DNA of 63,983 nt, counting the filler, from Octopus bimaculoides (Eukaryota): NCBI RefSeq assembly GCF_001194135.2. It is 9 parts of 6 records of this genome, joined end to end, with 100 filler letters (N's around TTAATTAATTAA, not from the genome) between each part and the next. Parts side by side here need not be neighbours in the genome. Positions count along the whole stretch, not along the records: positions 62,802 to 63,983 come from NC_068982.1; 8 more parts are not named here. One strand, 5' to 3'. Positions 63,098 to 63,983 of this stretch are shown here, one piece after another. Made by a program: the position numbers and the translations under genes. Numbering within the stretch: the stretch's first letter is position 1; each line of letters begins with the position of its first letter. The notes under the pieces were generated by a model. The model was given only the letters and a program-made list of their open reading frames with translations, was not told the DNA's origin and searched no databases.

Positions 63098-63439
63098 CGT
63101 GAGTAGCAACATTACTCTTCCCCTCGCCACATTACCACTTTCTAATTTTGATTAATCTCCGACATCGACTGATACAATTTTTTTCGTTTTCCTTTTTTTC
63201 TTTTTTTCTTTATTTTTTTGTTGGTTAATTTCAAGATGTCACCCTTACCTATATTTGCTTTACTTAAACATTGTTCAACAATGTTTAAATCTCCTTGATG
63301 AAGGTATAGTCTCGATTATTTAATGTTATCGTGCTCGCCACATTAAGTATATTAGAACTTACTTTCACTATTAAAGATGCAATGGTGTTTGGTATGACGC
63401 CAATGTTGAACAAAGATCAGGAGAGGAGAGAGAGAGAGA

Positions 63440-63475
<36 letters not shown>

Positions 63476-63667
63476 GTAGGTGGCTGGAACGAGATCATAG
63501 AGATCGTTGGAGATGATGACTCGACGAAATCAGCTCAATGATCTCATTGTTCTTTTGATGATAAAACATGAAACAACGGCACCGTAGGACCGGATGACGT
63601 CATTAACCACACACTGATTTCTGTGTAGCTCATAATGTGTTACTGTCGCTACTACTGCTGCTGCTGC

Positions 63668-63712
<45 letters not shown>

Positions 63713-63983
63713 CACCCGGGTCAGACCAGTTTGTGCAAGCTTCTGACCGACGTCTTTCCAACCGTGACAATACCGTTATGTTTTTGGTATATATGAGACT
63801 ACAATGGTTAAAGTGTCTCTTGTTGTCCTTTCAAACACTGAAGAACGCTAATCTTGTATCTTCTGCTGTTGTTGCTGCTGTCTCTTGTAATATTTGTTAC
63901 TGCTTCTGTTACCGCTGCTGCTGTTATTGTTGTTGTTGTATTGTCGTTGCTGTTGTTAGTTTGTATTTACTGTAATTGCTGTT

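Overview
AT-rich, gapped eukaryotic scaffold, not prokaryotic, so there is no CRISPR array and the alternative-start ORF track is mostly noise. Microsatellite density and SINE sequences point to a cephalopod, most likely Octopus (inference from remembered repeat families). One host coding exon is supportable: exon 1 of a Prrx-like paired-class homeobox gene on the minus strand (58722-59121), with an eh1 motif, a 39-residue polyQ/H tract and a GTAAGT donor. I saw no homeobox exon, so most of the window to its left is probably a very large first intron (or the next exon lies in an N gap). That region holds about four tRNA-derived SINE families, LINE remnants (Tx1/L1-like, RTE, CR1/L2-like, R4/Dong-type), a decayed mariner, several MITE-like palindromes and an ~800 bp degenerate (CCCTAA)n array. 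The best candidate for an unannotated system is a dispersed set of minimal type I hammerhead-ribozyme-like motifs resembling those of Penelope-like retroelements (5838, 10790, 24386, 33067, 60687). Three carry the same non-canonical CUGCNGA (A6C) core, and no Penelope protein is seen in the window. None has been tested, and none has a fully canonical core. All alignments and folds were done by eye; repeat boundaries are approximate (about 10-30 bp).
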